Shown here: in pieces, positions 63,274-64,000 of the stretch | Layout of the letters: the number at the start of each line of letters is the position of its first letter | Position numbering within the stretch: position 1 is the stretch's first letter | Source: Octopus vulgaris | Taxonomy: Eukaryota | Length of the DNA: 64,000 bases | NCBI GenBank assembly: GCA_951406725.2 | Contig: OX597822.1 | Coordinates: 100,130,001 to 100,194,000, forward strand | Direction: 5' to 3' | Translations under genes and position numbers: made by a program | Notes under the pieces: model-generated | Seen by the model: the letters and a program-made list of their open reading frames with translations, nothing else | The model's database searches: none | What the model was told of the DNA's origin: nothing

Positions 63274-63829
63274 CTATTAGATTTTTTGTTGAAAACATTG
63301 AGAGTTATTTAATTAACGTCTTTCCTTTTATAAATATGAAATCAGAGAAGCAATAATCTCGACCTCTTTGTGTCGAGGATGAGGTCTTCGTAAACTTCTT
63401 CATACTAGATTCTTGCATCACAGTGTGTCTGTTAAAAACAGTTGTTCTCCAAGATGGATGTCATAATTGTCGCCATATTCTAGAATAGCACATGGCTTAG
63501 GAGCAAAACATTAAAAAAAGGTTTACTCAAAATCATAGAAAATATTGTTAGTAACTTAATAAAATAGCACAGTTCTAATGAATGTTAAATTCGTGCATAA
63601 TAACAATAATCTTTGCATTTGGTATAAAAGCGTGTTTTTGTCGGAGAGGCTCCAGCTGTAAGAATCAATTGAACATATTGTTGATATTTATTTAATGACA
63701 CCAGAAGACAGAATCAAACCCTCTGGATATAAAACTCTGAATCTAAAGAGATAAATCTAAATATATACACACATGCATGAATACAAGAGTTTAATGATTT
63801 ATTTTGATGCTTTTAAGTATAGTTACAGC

Positions 63830-64000
63830 TGATACAGCTTTGCCAACCTCTGGAGAACCTAAATGCTACTGTAAGAGAAGAAAATATCACTGGCTCTGTG
63901 CAAAGCATTCAGATACCTAGGCTGCACTGGAAATCACATACAGTATGAACAGAGCTGGTGCTTCATTTGGCGGGCTACAGGAGAGGCTGTGGAAAAATAG
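63830..64000 (+). mobile_element. Degenerate RTE (BovB-like) RT fragment
   Basis: AFRYLGC and RAGASFGGLQERLWKN remnants. Confidence 0.5.

Noticed and set aside
63828-63920. Possible exon 2 of the downstream gene after ttacAG
   Set aside because: Hits a stop in phase 1, and the region carries RTE FRYLG-type remnants.

Overview
AT-rich, repeat-dense eukaryotic genomic DNA. The SINE families, (GAT)n-tailed RTE LINEs and (TA)n tracts suggest an Octopus/coleoid cephalopod; this is my inference, not checked. The main feature is a + strand spliced UVRAG gene (autophagy/PI3KC3-C2 subunit). I traced 13 coding exons from 6003 to the stop at 43041 by splice sites, phase continuity and similarity to human UVRAG as I recall it; they total 1914 nt (637 aa), and the first exons lie upstream of the window. 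The first visible intron (6067-7970) is U12-type and has an in-frame U2-like donor 72 nt downstream. An extra frame-preserving 234-nt candidate cassette exon sits at 29091-29324. Introns and flanks hold a young 5'-truncated RTE LINE whose RT domain contains a PHD-type zinc finger, decayed Tc1/mariner and hAT transposons, non-autonomous Helitrons, piggyBac-like MITEs, long foldback elements with TTAGGG tracts and several tRNA-derived SINE families. Near 61-62 kb, a CpG-richer promoter-like region and a signal-peptide-like first coding exon suggest a second gene starts. Most short ORFs in the supplied track are repeat-derived noise.
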